Shown here piece after piece: positions 13,685 to 27,904 of a DNA stretch of 64,000 nucleotides. The stretch covers positions 434,001 through 498,000 of the forward strand of contig NW_025767101.1 of assembly GCF_003918875.1 (NCBI RefSeq). Direction: 5' to 3'. This stretch comes from Haliotis rubra. Its lineage: Eukaryota. Under the pieces are notes generated by a model. The model was not told where the DNA came from. It searched no databases and was given only the letters and a program-made list of their open reading frames with translations. A program made the translations under genes and the position numbers. Position 1 is the first letter of the stretch; each line of letters begins with the position of its first letter.

Positions 13685-15441
13685 CCAGTAGAGGACGAAA
13701 CGTGTACGCGAGACGGTCCTCCGTTAATTGGGGTCTAATTAGTTTGTTTTTCTTCATAACTTCTCGGTGTCACTTTACAAACTGATGTATCAACAACGGA
13801 AAAGTGTTATAGAAGCATATTCACGGTTCTAAAAAAATATCCATTTTTGAAACTGCTTTTAAGGGGGTTCAGAAACGTTTTAGCAACATTATCATTTGGT
13901 TGAAACATTTTGCACAACATTCCATAAATGCTTCTGAAAATGTTATGTTTATCTGTTTGCGATATATCACAAACAAATAATAGTACTTAAAATACACTTG
14001 CCGTATGTATGTGAACCTTCAAACGATCGATATCGGTTCCAAAGACACGAGCCAGGTTTACAAGTCTGTTTGCTTTCATCGTCTTGAAAAAGAATTAATG
14101 CACGTTGATACCAGTGAAGATATTAACAAAAATATGTATCATAGCCTTAAATTCAACCTTTTTGGGATGTGTTTACAAAATCCATGTGCATGCCGATGAA
14201 ACTGGGCGCTTCCGATAACACCTCACATATGATGGCTTCAGGCTCCATTTGATTGGCTGAAACAGTGTCGCGCACGCTTGCAGGGTATTCTGTAAAACAG
14301 CATACACGGCTAATGCGAGTACAAGCTGAAAGATCCAATATCGACACGTCAACATCACGAGCTGTCGTCAAAAGTCGAAGAAACGGCGCTGCATTTGGAT
14401 TTAACACTAATTTTGATTAGCACGAGATGTCAACTAAGACTGACATTGACTTCATTTCGGGATTCAATTTCCGAATATACCCTTGAGTCACTTTACATGC
14501 TATAACAAGCAAAGACAACTTTTACGTAAGTATTGAATTGATAGGTTACTTTTACGATTACAAATACGTGAAAATTAATGAGGTGAACAGGTAAGAATTC
14601 GTAGCTGTGTAATGCCGAAACCAAGACACTACAATCCGGGTAGCAGAGACATGCATCATGGGACCCCTCCATTTACGCGATAGGTAATGTTATTGGTATC
14701 GGGATTATGAACGCTTATTGACATTTGGCATTTTTTAAAATATTAACGGTTGACTGATGTTTTATCTTTAATTCTGTCGCGTATAATGTGGCAGATAGTC
14801 GCAACTCATTCAACACGATGACAATATACAAACCATTGTCAAACATTTACTTAGGACAATTAACGAATCTAAATAGTTTAAATTATTAAAAACTACTTAG
14901 GAATTTCGGGAATTGAGATCAGTAATATCATAATGTTTTAACCAAAACATTTGAGACTTCTATTCATTTGGATACACGATAACAATAATTTTTTCCGCTT
15001 TTTCAAAACCGAGCCGTGTGCTGTATTTACTGGTGAAGTTACACAGTACGTCACTTCCGGAAAATATGTAAATGACTTTATAGTTGTCGCAGGATTACTC
15101 TTGACGAAGTAAGTTTTGATTCATGCAAGATGCAATGGCAGTAGAGGTCATATTAGTTTCAAAATGTTCCAGAACTTACTTTAAAAGATGAATACTTTAA
15201 CATTTCTAAAATTAGCCATGACATTCCACTGAAATATCACTTTTTCAAATGCGATGAATTGTTTTTACGTAATTTGCAATTTACGGGACGCTGTAATCAC
15301 CCCGCACCGTGTTCGCACCCAATCGAGTTGGTGCACGGTAATTGAATTAATTAGGGTCAAGCGCTTCAGTTAGTACCACTGCACCCGTCTCACGTACAAG
15401 AGACGATAGGCCGTCTCGCGACACGTTACGTCTCTGACTGG
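13685..15441. mobile_element. Non-autonomous TIR DNA transposon with TAA TSD (PIF/Harbinger-type)
   Basis: ccagtagaggacgaaacgtgtacgcgagacgg / ccgtctcgcgacacgttacgtctctgactgg, each flanked by taa; CpG-rich interior without a long ORF. Confidence 0.72.
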
Positions 15442-16910
15442 TAACAGCCCTGGTATAAATCAGAAATCCATCATTACTAATAGAATCTTCATATTACCCC
15501 TTGCTGACTTCATAACCATGCCTCAGATCAATATATGATCTTATTTGGAAATGTAAGTATGTGAGTATTGTCTCCAAATATCAATGTGTAGAGCATTTTA
15601 AACTAGGTTCCTGTGAAGATTTTACCTGTCCAAGGATAAACATAAAACAACACAGACCTGTTTGGAAGACTAACAGAATGCAAGGGCACAATATATCAAC
15701 TCTGCTATAAGTTATTACAGGGTTAGACATCCAAATTACATCCCCAGACAGGTGACAACAACTGGCTTCATTCATTCAATGTTAACACCAATTTCCCCCA
15801 TAGAAAGGCAGGAACCCTAGCTTCATTCATACAGGGCAATAGCCCAATCTCACCCAAAGAAAGACTAGAAGCACTTGACTCATTCATCCAGGTGTAAAGA
15901 CAGACTGTATCCAGGTGTATCTGACATTCACTGGCCCACTGCGAGCTATATAAACATTGTGCTGAACATACCAGACTGGGAGGGGAGACTAGGTCACAAA
16001 GCTGTGACTTCCCTTCGCTACCCTCCCCTACCCATACTTCCCCACACAAACACACATCCAGGTGAGAGGTGCCAAGGACGATGGCGGGATCTGTCTACAC
16101 CGTGTGACCCCCTCACCGACATACTGAGATACCACCAAATGGCAAAATACACTTGACTACATCACACAATGTCTTTCAGTTGTTTGCATTGTTCTATCAT
16201 CTGGATCAAATACTACACACCCAATTACACAATGGTCAAGATAGTCTGACATAACATTTCTAGAAATACATTCTCAAAACACTCACAACTGGTTTGACCG
16301 ATATCCTTTTCCCAGGAAGGACAATTTATTGTTTTGTTTTTTTTGTTTCAGATTCTAAAAATACAAAGATAGCGAGGGAACTATGATCAGACTCAGAAAT
16401 AAATCCTGAGCCAGATAGAAACATATTCCTTTAGAGAAAAAACTAAAATGTGAAGCAAATTACAGCTTTAACAGATTAAACATATTAGGGAAGTGGAAAT
16501 ATTAAAACCGGTAACTGAAAGATATTGACAGGTAAACAGAAAAAATCCACTTGTCTGTAGACTGGAAATGGTGTCTTAATCATACAATCAGTCTATTTTT
16601 CGTTTGGCTATCAATGAATCAGTTTTTGTCTCTCCATTGCTTTTCCACTCAGAAAATGAAGTCTTCCATTTCTAGGATAGTAGGATGTAATCAATGAAAA
16701 CAACATTATTACAGTTGCTAGTGCAATGTCTTACGTATATTGCACAACTGCCGTTACAGTATTCTTATCAACCAATCAGACAGTGTGTCCTAAAATGAGA
16801 TTAAAATCAGGACAAGGAAGTGACCCAAAATACCCTACTGTCTTTTGGAGTAGTCATTATATTTAGTAAATGTCATGAAATATGTTTGCTTTATCCAGCA
16901 ATCATCTTAA

Positions 16911-18304
16911 CTCTTTCAACACCAGTCAACCAGAGGCTTTTACTGCCATGACACCGAGATCCCATAGACTCTGAGGTCATAGATGGAGCCTATGTTTATC
17001 AAGGAAAATATCAGCTTGTAAAACATTATTGCTACTACAGACATACACCATTTGAAAGGTCTAATCCTACTGTTTATAAATATGAAATTTATTTTTGATC
17101 ATATTATTCAAATAATCCAACTACAACGTAAATAATTTAATTTTTACTGAAAATGCAAGCTTAAAAAATCATATCATGTCCAGATAAACCACGAAGGGAG
17201 CAAAAAATGCGGCAATTTTTTCGATTTGTTACATGTCATAATATCCCCTTACCTTTTTCTTCTATATTTTCATTTTTACGTAATCAGAAAATTATTTTAA
17301 AAAAGATTTCTCAAATAATATGTATGGTCGTCTATTTCCCGATATCAGTGACTTTCCGCTCGGTAACGTGATACAACAGCGGGAAATACCTCGGTTTTCG
17401 AAGCTTCATATGAATAACATGTGAGGCGATTCGTTTGATGGCGGGTATCGTTCGAAAGCTCTGAACATCAACAATATCACTGTAAGAGTATTTTCACAGT
17501 TGTAAGAAGCGATTTTATTGGATAAAAATTGGTTTCTAATGACACTTTTCGCCACAGTCTGATATAAGCATCGTGATTGGTCAAAATCGTACACGTGACC
17601 TAAGGCAGCCAATCATATTACAGCAATGGATACCGTCCTCGTAAACGAAAACTAATGTTTCAGATGAAACTTTGGGTAAAATCACGCTAGTCTGAACATG
17701 TTACGCAATAAATCACCACCTATACGTATATTATGGAACTTAGTGGACGTATCGTGCTAGGTTATGACCTGTGACAAAAATGCTTCATGCATATATTTTA
17801 GCATTAAACATCGTGTCCGAGCGTGAAGTTCGAGGCGACGAAAGCCGAGATGTCACTTGAATTACAATACACGATCGCTCAAAAGATGGAAATAGTAAGT
17901 TATAATGTACGTTTGACAACTTTTATGAGTACTGTTGTGGATTTTATTCTTCAGTTTATTCAGTTTGTTTAATTATTTTCTCGAAACATCGTTACTTTGC
18001 TCTTTGACAACTTTGCTGTGGACCCTTGCCGAAGCATGTGTCCGAGAATTGTTTTTTTCAATAACATTGCGAAAAATAGTTTATAATTCTAATCCTGTCG
18101 ATAATATATGGACATTTGAAATTTAATAAGCTTTTTCAGACATTGTGAAAAGTGATAGATTTGATAAAAGAATCATATGTTAGTTAGGTTCCTAAAATTA
18201 TAGATCATTTTGATGCGACTACTGCCTGGCCAGTTTACCGGCCTACGGTGTCTGGGGGACTCGTGACGTCTTGGTCGGTTTTCCGGCCTACGGTGTTGAA
18301 TGGG
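16911..18304. mobile_element. piggyBac-type non-autonomous element
   Basis: TTAA at 16907-16910 and 18305-18308; TIR ctctttcaacacc / ggtgttgaatggg; subterminal direct repeat ccggcctacggtgt twice. Confidence 0.72.
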
Positions 18305-18307
18305 TTA

Positions 18308-18432
18308 AACATGAAACTAATGTTTTTACTACAAGCATGTAACTGATTTTAGGACAAGCATATATCTGATTTTACCACAAACATGGAACTGATTTAAGTA
18401 CAAACATATACCCAATTTTAGTACAAACATAT
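18308..18432. repeat. 23-bp degenerate tandem repeat, about 5 copies
   Basis: acaa(a/g)cat....ctgatttta units. Confidence 0.65.
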
Positions 18433-19624
18433 CTATTTCTATCCAGCTTCAAGACAGCATACAGGTGAATGGTGATCATCGTTTTTAGGTGACTCACTGT
18501 ATGAGAATTTGAGATGAACTTCAACCCTTACTAATCCTTACAGTATGCCTCATCCATGAACCTTCAAAGCTTACAGCTAAAATTTCATATATTTGAACAG
18601 CCTATGGTTTCAGTTACTGTAATTACAATACCAACATATCTGAAACCTCACAGATAGCTGGTAAACAAAAGCATGACTGAACCCTTTCAACGACTTGTAG
18701 TTGCTTTTATTGTGTTTTAAGTTGGGGTTCCAGAAGTTTAACTATTTTCTTTTCAATAATCTTTCTCAACATGCTTACAAAAAGTTCTAGAAACAAATCT
18801 GAATTGTTAGGGTCCATTTTCTTGTGCTAAATTTATCCATAAAGATTGGTTTGAGAGCGGCAGACGTGGAATTACTTCAGAAGCTTGAATACTGATCTTA
18901 ACTAGATTAGACTGTTCATGTTATTTAGGTTACTTTTTCTTGCATCATCTTTCTGAAGCAGCACCAAGCCAAGCCTAAACCTCATCAGTTTGACATTAGG
19001 TAACATTTCTGCTAGTCTCGGTGGAAGGCCAGTGTGACAAAAGCATCACAAAGGAGCAAGTAGGTTAGATCCACAACATCCTGTGTCCACAACGTATATC
19101 AACCACACTTAAACGTGAAACCTTTCACACTAGGAAGTCCTATTTAATTACAATCACTATTTTTCAAAATGCTCATGGTCATAATTACATCTTCCTGTTA
19201 ACATGGACAAGCATTTAGAGTATTATTCCAATACTGAATAAACAAAACAAAAAAGAAGTGGCAATAAACACAGATTATTCGGATAACGGCTCTTAAAACT
19301 CCAGTGTTTTGGGATCCAGTGTCTGAAATATAGAGGTCAATCTCTCAGCCTTGAAGCTTCCCAGATTGAAAGTGGAGGCACAAACAGCTCCAAGAAAATC
19401 AATTCGGCACAAAGGACAACTAATTTTTTGTTGTGGTAGTGTGACAACTAATATCATGGTGTTACCATCCATTGTACTTTGAAAATCTGATCCCGACAAC
19501 AATAGAACAGTAGACTTGAACTGACATAAGAATCCATCTTCGGTACCAGACCAACAGTCATCCCCTGCATGCCCCGAGATACCTGGGGAAAGTGTACTAT
19601 TATAGATTCTTCATTTATATTACA

Positions 19625-19790
19625 GGGCGGTGGGGTAGCCTAGTGGTTAAAGCGTTGGCTCGTCACGATGAAGACCCAGGTTCGATTCCCAAACATGGGT
19701 ACAATGTGTGAAGCCCATTTCTGGTGTCCCCCGCCGTGATATTGCTGGAATATTGCTAAAAGCGGCGTAAAACTAAACTCAGTCAGTGAG
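19625..19790 (+). mobile_element. SINE family B (tRNA-Asp-like head), full length
   Basis: A box TAGCCTAGTGG, B box GGTTCGATTCC; 14-bp TSD tcatttatattaca. Confidence 0.92.
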
Positions 19791-20275
19791 TCATTTATAT
19801 TACAACACACAATCACAATAATGTCCAAGCTGTCCATGCTCTAAAGGCTTTGAATGGTAGAAAAGTGAGCATTTTATATCACATGATGAATTGAAGAATG
19901 TTATCACATGATCAAACCAGGCTTCAATTTGTCACTTGGGCAGTAAAGTAAATGAATTCCATCGTTGGTGAGAGAGACAGCTCTGTTTGTTTACCATTGC
20001 TCACTCGTATTCAAACCACATCACTGCAACCAGTGAACCTGTACATCATCATGTCATGAGACGCTACCAACGACTATATGCATAAGCAACAAAAAATCAA
20101 CAAGTATAGGTTACTGTAGACAACTGAGAAATCCCCCATGGTGTCACTGCTGGCATGGCTGTTATTACCTGCGATATAGTAAAAACATTTCTACAAACAC
20201 CTAAAACAATAGTTACTCCTACTGACACATAAACCTCCCTGTACAACACAGTTACTGCATGTGGAACTTTCCTTA

Positions 20276-20601
20276 GGCCAGACCAATTTTATTTCTTGTT
20301 TTACGGATTTTTGTCCTCAGAAAACCTAAAGGCAGGAGGAAAAAAATAAATAAATAAAATCACCAGTCAAAGTAATATTCCTTCTAAATACTCAAAGTAT
20401 TTTACTTTTGGCCATTTATGAAGTGTAAAGGGGGCAAAAAACAATCTAAAAAACATTTTTCTTGTAAGTTTACATTTTTGGCCAATAAAAACATTAGGAT
20501 TGTATTTTTTGAGCAGGGAAAATTAATTTTTATTTTTTTTCTTATTCTTGAAAAAATACGACAGGAGGATCCATAAAACAAGATATAAAATTGGTCTGGC
20601 C
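20276..20601. mobile_element. Tourist/Harbinger-type MITE
   Basis: About 33-bp TIRs ggccagaccaattttatttcttgttttacggat, TTA TSD. Confidence 0.8.
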
Positions 20602-21585
20602 TTAGCAACATTTGCAATGTCTTTTGATGCATGCATGCACAAAAACACCATTTCATGTACATAGCATGAATAGCATCACAATTCGCCAGGGATATTATTA
20701 CAAGTGCTTGTTCCAATGCAGTTACCATGGTGAAAACATTACATAATTGCCCTGATTTGCCCTGCACGAGAAACGTACCTGCTGAACATGTCTACTGCAT
20801 CATTAGTGATGACTAACACACTGATACTGATCATGATGACACTTTAATCACAGGATTCTAACAACTGTATTAACCACAAACAATAATGTCATGTGATAAA
20901 AAATAAACAGGAATATCATCTGTAAAAACATAACTAATAACATTATACAAAAGAAACTTCAACAGTGTCTTTTAGCATGGTTTGGGTTCAGTCCTACAGG
21001 AAGCATATTCAATAACCATACTATTACTAGTTCATTGTAAGCATAGTGAACAAATCAAACGGAATATTGAAAAGTTATGTTATTCTAAACACTGTGAAAC
21101 ATTGAACCATGCGAGCAAGTAACAATCTAGTACAACATGAGTACAACAACTCCTACATGCTGCCTGTGGAACAGCCTTACCGTTGGCAGAACACAACACC
21201 AGTAGTGAGTGATCAGTCGTCCCAAATAACAGTAAGGCGACAAACCACCTGTACTACATAAAACATTTCTCCCCAACTTTCACCAACAAGACTCCCTGTA
21301 AGCAACATGATCTCTGTGCCATTCCCTCTCTTGCCTGTGCTAGTGGCCTTTACACAGATAGAAAACAGACCAGCTTCATCTAGATTACTGTACATTGTCT
21401 ATGTGGTCATTGCTTGAAGGGCACAACATTCAAACCATCTTCAGGAAAACAAATGTGCCCCAGCTTATTCCCTCTCACATGTACTGACAACTATCACGCT
21501 TTCAGTCCAAAAAGAGTTGGCATTTCAGTTGAAGACTATGACTCCTGAGTTACTAATCAAAAGATGAAAAAAGACAACAAACAAG

Positions 21586-21743
21586 TGAGTATGGTTTTAT
21601 GCCGCTTTAGCAATATTCCAGCAATATCACGGCGGGGGACACCAGAAATGGGCTTCACACATTGTACCCATGTGGGGATTCGAACCCAGGTTTTCGGCGT
21701 GACGAGCGAACGCTTTAACCACCAGGCTATCCCACGGCCCCTA
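21586..21743 (-). mobile_element. SINE family B, full length
   Basis: 12-bp TSD acaacaaacaag. Confidence 0.92.
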
Positions 21744-24700
21744 ACAACAAACAAGAAATCCCACAACCAGTGATTATTCTTTGCCTGAAACGAAACCTGT
21801 TTCGCTCAAACACAGATGCTACAATCACTATCCATGAAATCAGCCATGACAAGACAAAAAGGTTCATAAACACGTAAAAATGTGAAAGACACAATCGTCT
21901 TTTCCAGCAAAAGAAATGTCTTACAATACCTACACTCTGGTATCAACAATCCCATTCGATGTGACCCGTCAGTAACTATGAATATATTGGGATTATGGTC
22001 CACCACAGGGAGACATCACGTGTATATCACTTAACCTACATGTGAACCCTACAGACATGCTTCTGCGTCTCATGTCATTTTGTGTACAGAGTATGGCCAA
22101 ACCATGCAGTCACTGGATGCTCCTCAGAATAATGACTAGCTCCTGTTTCATATACAACAGAACAGTGTAACCTACATTGTGATAATAGTACAGAAACCAT
22201 TGTGTACAGTATACAGTGTTTGGCACCATCTAAACGGTATGTTGTGTAAAACTGACAACAGTGTTACATGATTAACAACCTACGATCTAAGCTGAACAGA
22301 ACACCATGGACGGAATGACCTCTGAGAAAGAGCACATTCATGATTATCTTGCTCCCATCTAAGAAGGTGCATCAGTGTGATTAGTACAAAAAAGAAAACT
22401 TGTTCAACGAGATCAGATTATCAAAAGAAGATCATTTCTTTCCTGTCTTATACGTCTATCACTGTCCCTTACTGACAGTCTGTCTAAGTAGCACACATTC
22501 CTCTATAATTCCACATCAGGGCCCAAAGTGTCCATAGAACATCACTGTAAAGCAAACATGACGAAGTGTGTTAAATGATAAACAAGACCTGGTGCCGCAC
22601 CAACTTTCTACAATGTCAATGAACTCAGCTATGTTAACTTCTGATAGATGTGAGAGGGTAGCTGATGTCAAACACGGGCATCATATTGGGTATAAATTAG
22701 AGTGCCAAACTGTCCTGTGAACAATGCACCAGGAAGTTGTCAGACTAAACTGTCACTCAGAATTACTTGAAATAATTCGTCGGTATACTGTAGAGAACAT
22801 ACAAACTTGGACACTTCTTTTCCTACTACCATATCATTCAGTACCCTGACTTCTACATCAAACTGTAAGTAATCTTCATATACACTCCATATCACATTTT
22901 CTAAGACCGAAAATATATGATGGTCCATATTTTCTAATATTTCCCTTTTGGAAACAGTGCACAAGTGTATCATTAGAAAAGATTTAGTTTGGCCATTGTT
23001 CAACTACCTTTGTTTACTATCACTGTAAACATAAGCATAATAAGCACCATTTTTCTAAATCTTCTACACATGCAGGGAGATTGTTATGATCTAAGACATA
23101 TATCATTGCTTGTAACTGAGTGTGGCACTACATATTTACAACACAATCATCAGGTTAAACCACTGTATAGGTTCAGTGAGATCAAAACAATATTGATGAC
23201 TTAATCGTGACTGCAAAAACAGGAGTATGGGTCACACTGAGCGAGACTGGCTAAAAATCCCGGAAGCAATTAATTATTTATCTAAATACTCCTGTTCAAA
23301 TTTGTACATGCATCCTATAACAATGTCTATTGATTGAATGATAATGTCAAACTGGATAAATTGACTAAAGCTAAAGGATTACGAAAGGAGACATGATAAA
23401 GGTTAGAACTAAAAAACACTGGAGGAAACAACTTCCGAAGCCTTATCAAATTATGAATGTATTCGAACATACAATTGGATAACCAGAACTGCCTACATGG
23501 CAAGGATATGAGATCTACACATTTTACCATGTTAACATCAACAAGGGATTTACCATCTATTTTACATCCAGCAGACTCAGTAACACATTTCATGGGTCCA
23601 AGGTATGAATATGGATGTCGTAAGCAGGCTACCTCTGACACGCTGCCCATTGTTTTCGACACGATATTAGTTATACCATTTACATTTTCAGAAGCCTTAA
23701 TACCGTTTAAGATGAGGATTCTAATGTTAGACTGACCCACTGACACCCTAACTTTGAGTATGACCACAAAAGAAATGTTAGTTATATCAACTACATTTTA
23801 GATAAATATAATTATTCAGTCTTTACTTTTGTGTCTCCAAGGACTGGCAGTTTCAATTAGCTGCATCCCTTCTTAATGTGTATGCATATGGATGCAAGAT
23901 TGTTGCTGGTAAAACCTTAAACAATGTTCATATTTGTTCTTGTGAACATATTGGAGAAAGCTACTACACAATTTGCACACACTGAGTCTCTGTCATCAGT
24001 TTGTGTTTCAACCTTCAGCCGGAAACCTTCCTGAAACTATACACAGCCAGTAACCTTACCTAATAATACCCAAAAAAGGAAAATCTGTGCAATTGAAATT
24101 GAGGCTACACAGTGAACTGTGCAAGAGAGTTGAAGTTATTTTAGGATAAAGGCTGTGTCACTAACACAATTCAAACACCATTTCATACCAACATGCTAAA
24201 CAAACATGATAAATCCAGTGCAAAACATCCATGGCGCGACTCTGGCATGTTAAATCACCTCAAGAGAAGCTTCACCTGATCACCAGGGTCATAACAAACC
24301 TGGCTCCTATCTGTAAGACCCCAGGATGGACCAAAACAAGTGGTAATTGGTCAGAGCCACTTACCTAGCCCTCACAGCTGCCCACTGCCACTACATCAAG
24401 GACCTTCACGTCCATCAAGTCTCTACTGTTACACCAGTGACAGTGCATTGACACAGGTAAACTCAAGTGCCTGTCTAGCAATAGAGGGGACATATCACGA
24501 CTCAGGGGAGAAATTCCTCCTTGATATACACCGACTGTGGCCAAGTACAAACATGATGTAAACACTCCGCTGTAGCCTACACATGCCCAACACATGAGCT
24601 CCCTCGCCTACTCCGCTATTTTAATCCTAGACCATTGCAATGCCAGAGTCACCTTGTAGACAACACTGTTGCATGTGAAGACACACATCAAGCTTCTATA

Positions 24701-25233
24701 TTATCTAGTTAAAAACATGGGGAAAATAAAGAGAAAGCAACACAGAAACTCTAGCCCTTGTCTGTCCAAGACTTATATTAGCAATAGAATGTCAACAAAG
24801 CTGTACCTGTATACCTGTATATTTTTATGGAAAATTGAAGGAGATGGAAAGAACTTTTGGGGAAGATGTAAATACAAAAACATGATATTTATATTTTTAA
24901 AGTTTCACATAAACGATAAACGCTGTGTTTAAATGCCCTGGATAAAAATATTCCACAGACAACAATACACTTATCATTTAGTGTACAGCTTACTTAAAAC
25001 GATTTCAGTGCTCTTGATGAAATAACACAAAAATGCCTGCCAGCTCATTAAAATGTTTAATGGTAAGTATATATAACAACGATACTAAATAGACTGGAAA
25101 GTAGACAGACATACGACTTCTTAATCTTAATAAAAAGAATGACTATCAATGTTAAGTTAAAGTACTGCCATGATCTGAAAAGATCAATCGGATCTCCAAT
25201 GGACTATTAACATGCATCAAGTCTTGTTTTAAA

Positions 25234-25311
25234 GTGAAGCCCTTTTCTTGTGCCCTCGTCGTGATATTGCTGGAATATTGCTAAAAGCGGCGTAAAACCA
25301 TACTCACTCAC
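25234..25311 (+). mobile_element. SINE family B, 3' half
   Basis: TSD tcttg(t/a)tttaaa. Confidence 0.8.
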
Positions 25312-26442
25312 TCTTGATTTAAATGTATTAATGTATTGTACTGCTATAGAGTGTGGTGTCAACAACTGAGCTGCAAAATTTGCCTATCACCTGACCAGAA
25401 GCACGCATGGCTGCCCAGGAATGTCTCCACACAAAGGCCATGCATGGACTAATGGTGGTGGGTTTCACTTAAGTATCTGTCAATGACTATCCCCAGCCAG
25501 ATTCTACATAGCCCTGACAAATGGCTAACAGTTAAATGACCTTTGGACATTACAATGTAGACAAAAATAAGAAATACAAAACATATTATTATTACCATGA
25601 ACATGATTAAGCCATTTAATATGTTCTAGCATGTGTTAAGTTATGTGTGAGATGGTGGAGTGAGAGAGTGGGGTGGGGTGGGTTGGGTTAATGCTGCATG
25701 CAGCAATATTCCAGCTGTATGAATGCAGATAATCTGAACCTGACTGATATTGTGAGCATCAATCCGGTATACAGGTATGGTGGCATGCCTCCAGTGTGAA
25801 ACCCAATAATTAAAAAATACGTCCGTTTCCGGGTTACCCGACCCAACCTATCCTAACCCTCTAACCCAACAAACTGGAGTGCATTTTAACTCATCATTTT
25901 CATCCAAATCGAGTATGATATTATCATCTTTTTTCAGCGTATATAGGTCTAAAATGGATTGCACTGAATTGGCACAATGGGTTCCCTCTGACAAAACCTG
26001 CAAATAATTAGCATGAATAATGATTTGATATAGAAATCTTTCAATTTATCACCACACAGAATTGTCACTACATGATATCATACTCTTTAAGGCATTCTCA
26101 GGTGTCCACCTGGTGCTACTAAGGTGCCTTAGGAACCTTAGGAACCTTTGGAACCAATTCTTACTAGGGCTGTTATGATTCACGCACTTACTCAGTGAAT
26201 TAAACCATATCACCCATGAAATCAATTCATTATTTGTGATCAATAGAATCACGACATTTTATTTTTCTGTAAAAAGTGTTTTACGTGAATTTCAGTGTTA
26301 TTTATCACAAGACATGCTAAATGGAATATTCCCAGCCAAGTCAGGGTGATACTGAACACGTATATATTTAATCGGATACTAATGGGGTCACTGGTCATTG
26401 TCAGGATAAATTAATGCTGTCAAATAATGTATTTAGTTATTG

Positions 26443-26535
26443 AACCTAGAGATTTTTTCTGGGTTACATCTTCTTTTTATTCTTGAGTATAACGTTTCAG
26501 GGCTTGTTCTGGTCCCCCCATCATCAGGTAATCAC
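26443..26535 (-). mobile_element. Solo Penelope-like fragment with a hammerhead core, related to the 32.8-kb element
   Basis: UAC CUGAUGA...GAAACGUU AUA at 26488-26530 followed by aataaaaagaagatgtaacccagaaaaaatc; 12-bp TSD atttagttattg (26431-26442, 26536-26547). Confidence 0.6.
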
Positions 26536-26853
26536 ATTTAGTTATTGTTTCACTGAATATACTGAATAGTACATCAACTGCTGACACGTTATTGTATTTA
26601 TTAACCAATATTCGTGATATGTATTATATTCTCCACCTCGTGGATGTGTTGCCCTGATTATAACTCAGAATCCCTCAATGGGTTACGTAGCTGAAGCAGA
26701 GAGACTTGTGAATATATATTACATGAACAGTATTATTGAATGTACCGTGTCATGTACATAACACAGGAAATCTCCAGGGCACAGACGTCTCATAGGGACC
26801 TATCTAGAACTGATTAGTGGTTGATATTCATCCCTAGGACTGTACCTAGTAAG

Positions 26854-27297
26854 TAGTGTTGGGAATTGGTTAAAATCTCATAATTGATGATTGGTCCATT
26901 ATGACCGATCAATCATCGAAAATAATTGGTTAGCGTCATTTATCAAATCAAGGTTTGTAAAAAATAAAGAAAAAAACATGTAGTAATTTGGGTTGTTTTT
27001 TTCAAATTAAACAAAATCCATTTGCAAATTTCGCATATTTAAAGGATTATTAGTATGTTAGAAACACAGATTTCCTGGATTCTTTAAGATAAATTCAATC
27101 ATGACTTGGAACGAGCTTGTTGTGCTTATGAAATGTAAATTTAATGGCACAGACAAAAGCAACCTTGTGAAAAATATTGTTGATGCAAACAAGTGTTCCA
27201 AGATTGGTTGTGTTCGATTATGAGAAAACGTTCGATTGCTTGGTCGTTTAGTCACTGCGACCAATCTTCGATTATTTCAAAACTCGGACCACCACCA
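26854..27297. mobile_element. hAT-type MITE
   Basis: 8-bp TSD ctagtaag (26846-26853, 27298-27305); degenerate TIR starting tagtgttggg. Confidence 0.55.
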
Positions 27298-27824
27298 CTA
27301 GTAAGTAAAACTTCCCAAACTGGAATTTAACATTGTCAAATTCATATAGTTAAGCTCTTAGTCTTAAGTAATGTTCAGTGCCTGTAAGTGTTTTGTCTTT
27401 CACTGATTAGGACTAATAGTAATATAGAGGAAGAGGCTTAAATACTTAGTTTAGCCATACAGGATTGTAATCTATGTTGAACTTGTATTTTTAACAAGAA
27501 AATACCTCTGGATTCAACAACAACATATAATAAATCAACAATTTTAAAAACATTCCAATTTTGAACAAACTTTCAATACATTTCTTAGGTAGCCACTTAG
27601 TTTGGAATTCCTGACACTTGAACATGATAAGCTCACAAGCAAGAAATTCTTATTCACGGTCCTTAGGCATATTTGGAAATGATGATCTGAATAGATGTTC
27701 ATAACACAAAATCAATTTCATGAAAGTCTATCATGTACATGCAATAGTTAGATTCTATTCAAATCCTCTGGTTTGGGTTGGCAATGACAGTCTGAAACTG
27801 ACGCATGGTTAGAATATATAGAAA

Positions 27825-27904
27825 GGCTAAAAAAGGGTTGGTTTTTTTAAAAACATGTAGACAGGGCTAAAAAAGGGTTGGTTTTTTTAAAAACATGTAG
27901 ACAG
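27825..27904. repeat. Perfect 40-bp tandem duplication
   Basis: ggctaaaaaagggttggtttttttaaaaacatgtagacag twice. Confidence 0.9.

Noticed and set aside
19625-19700. tRNA-Asp gene (also the other family B heads)
   Set aside because: No proper acceptor stem; it continues into a SINE body and tail and is flanked by TSDs
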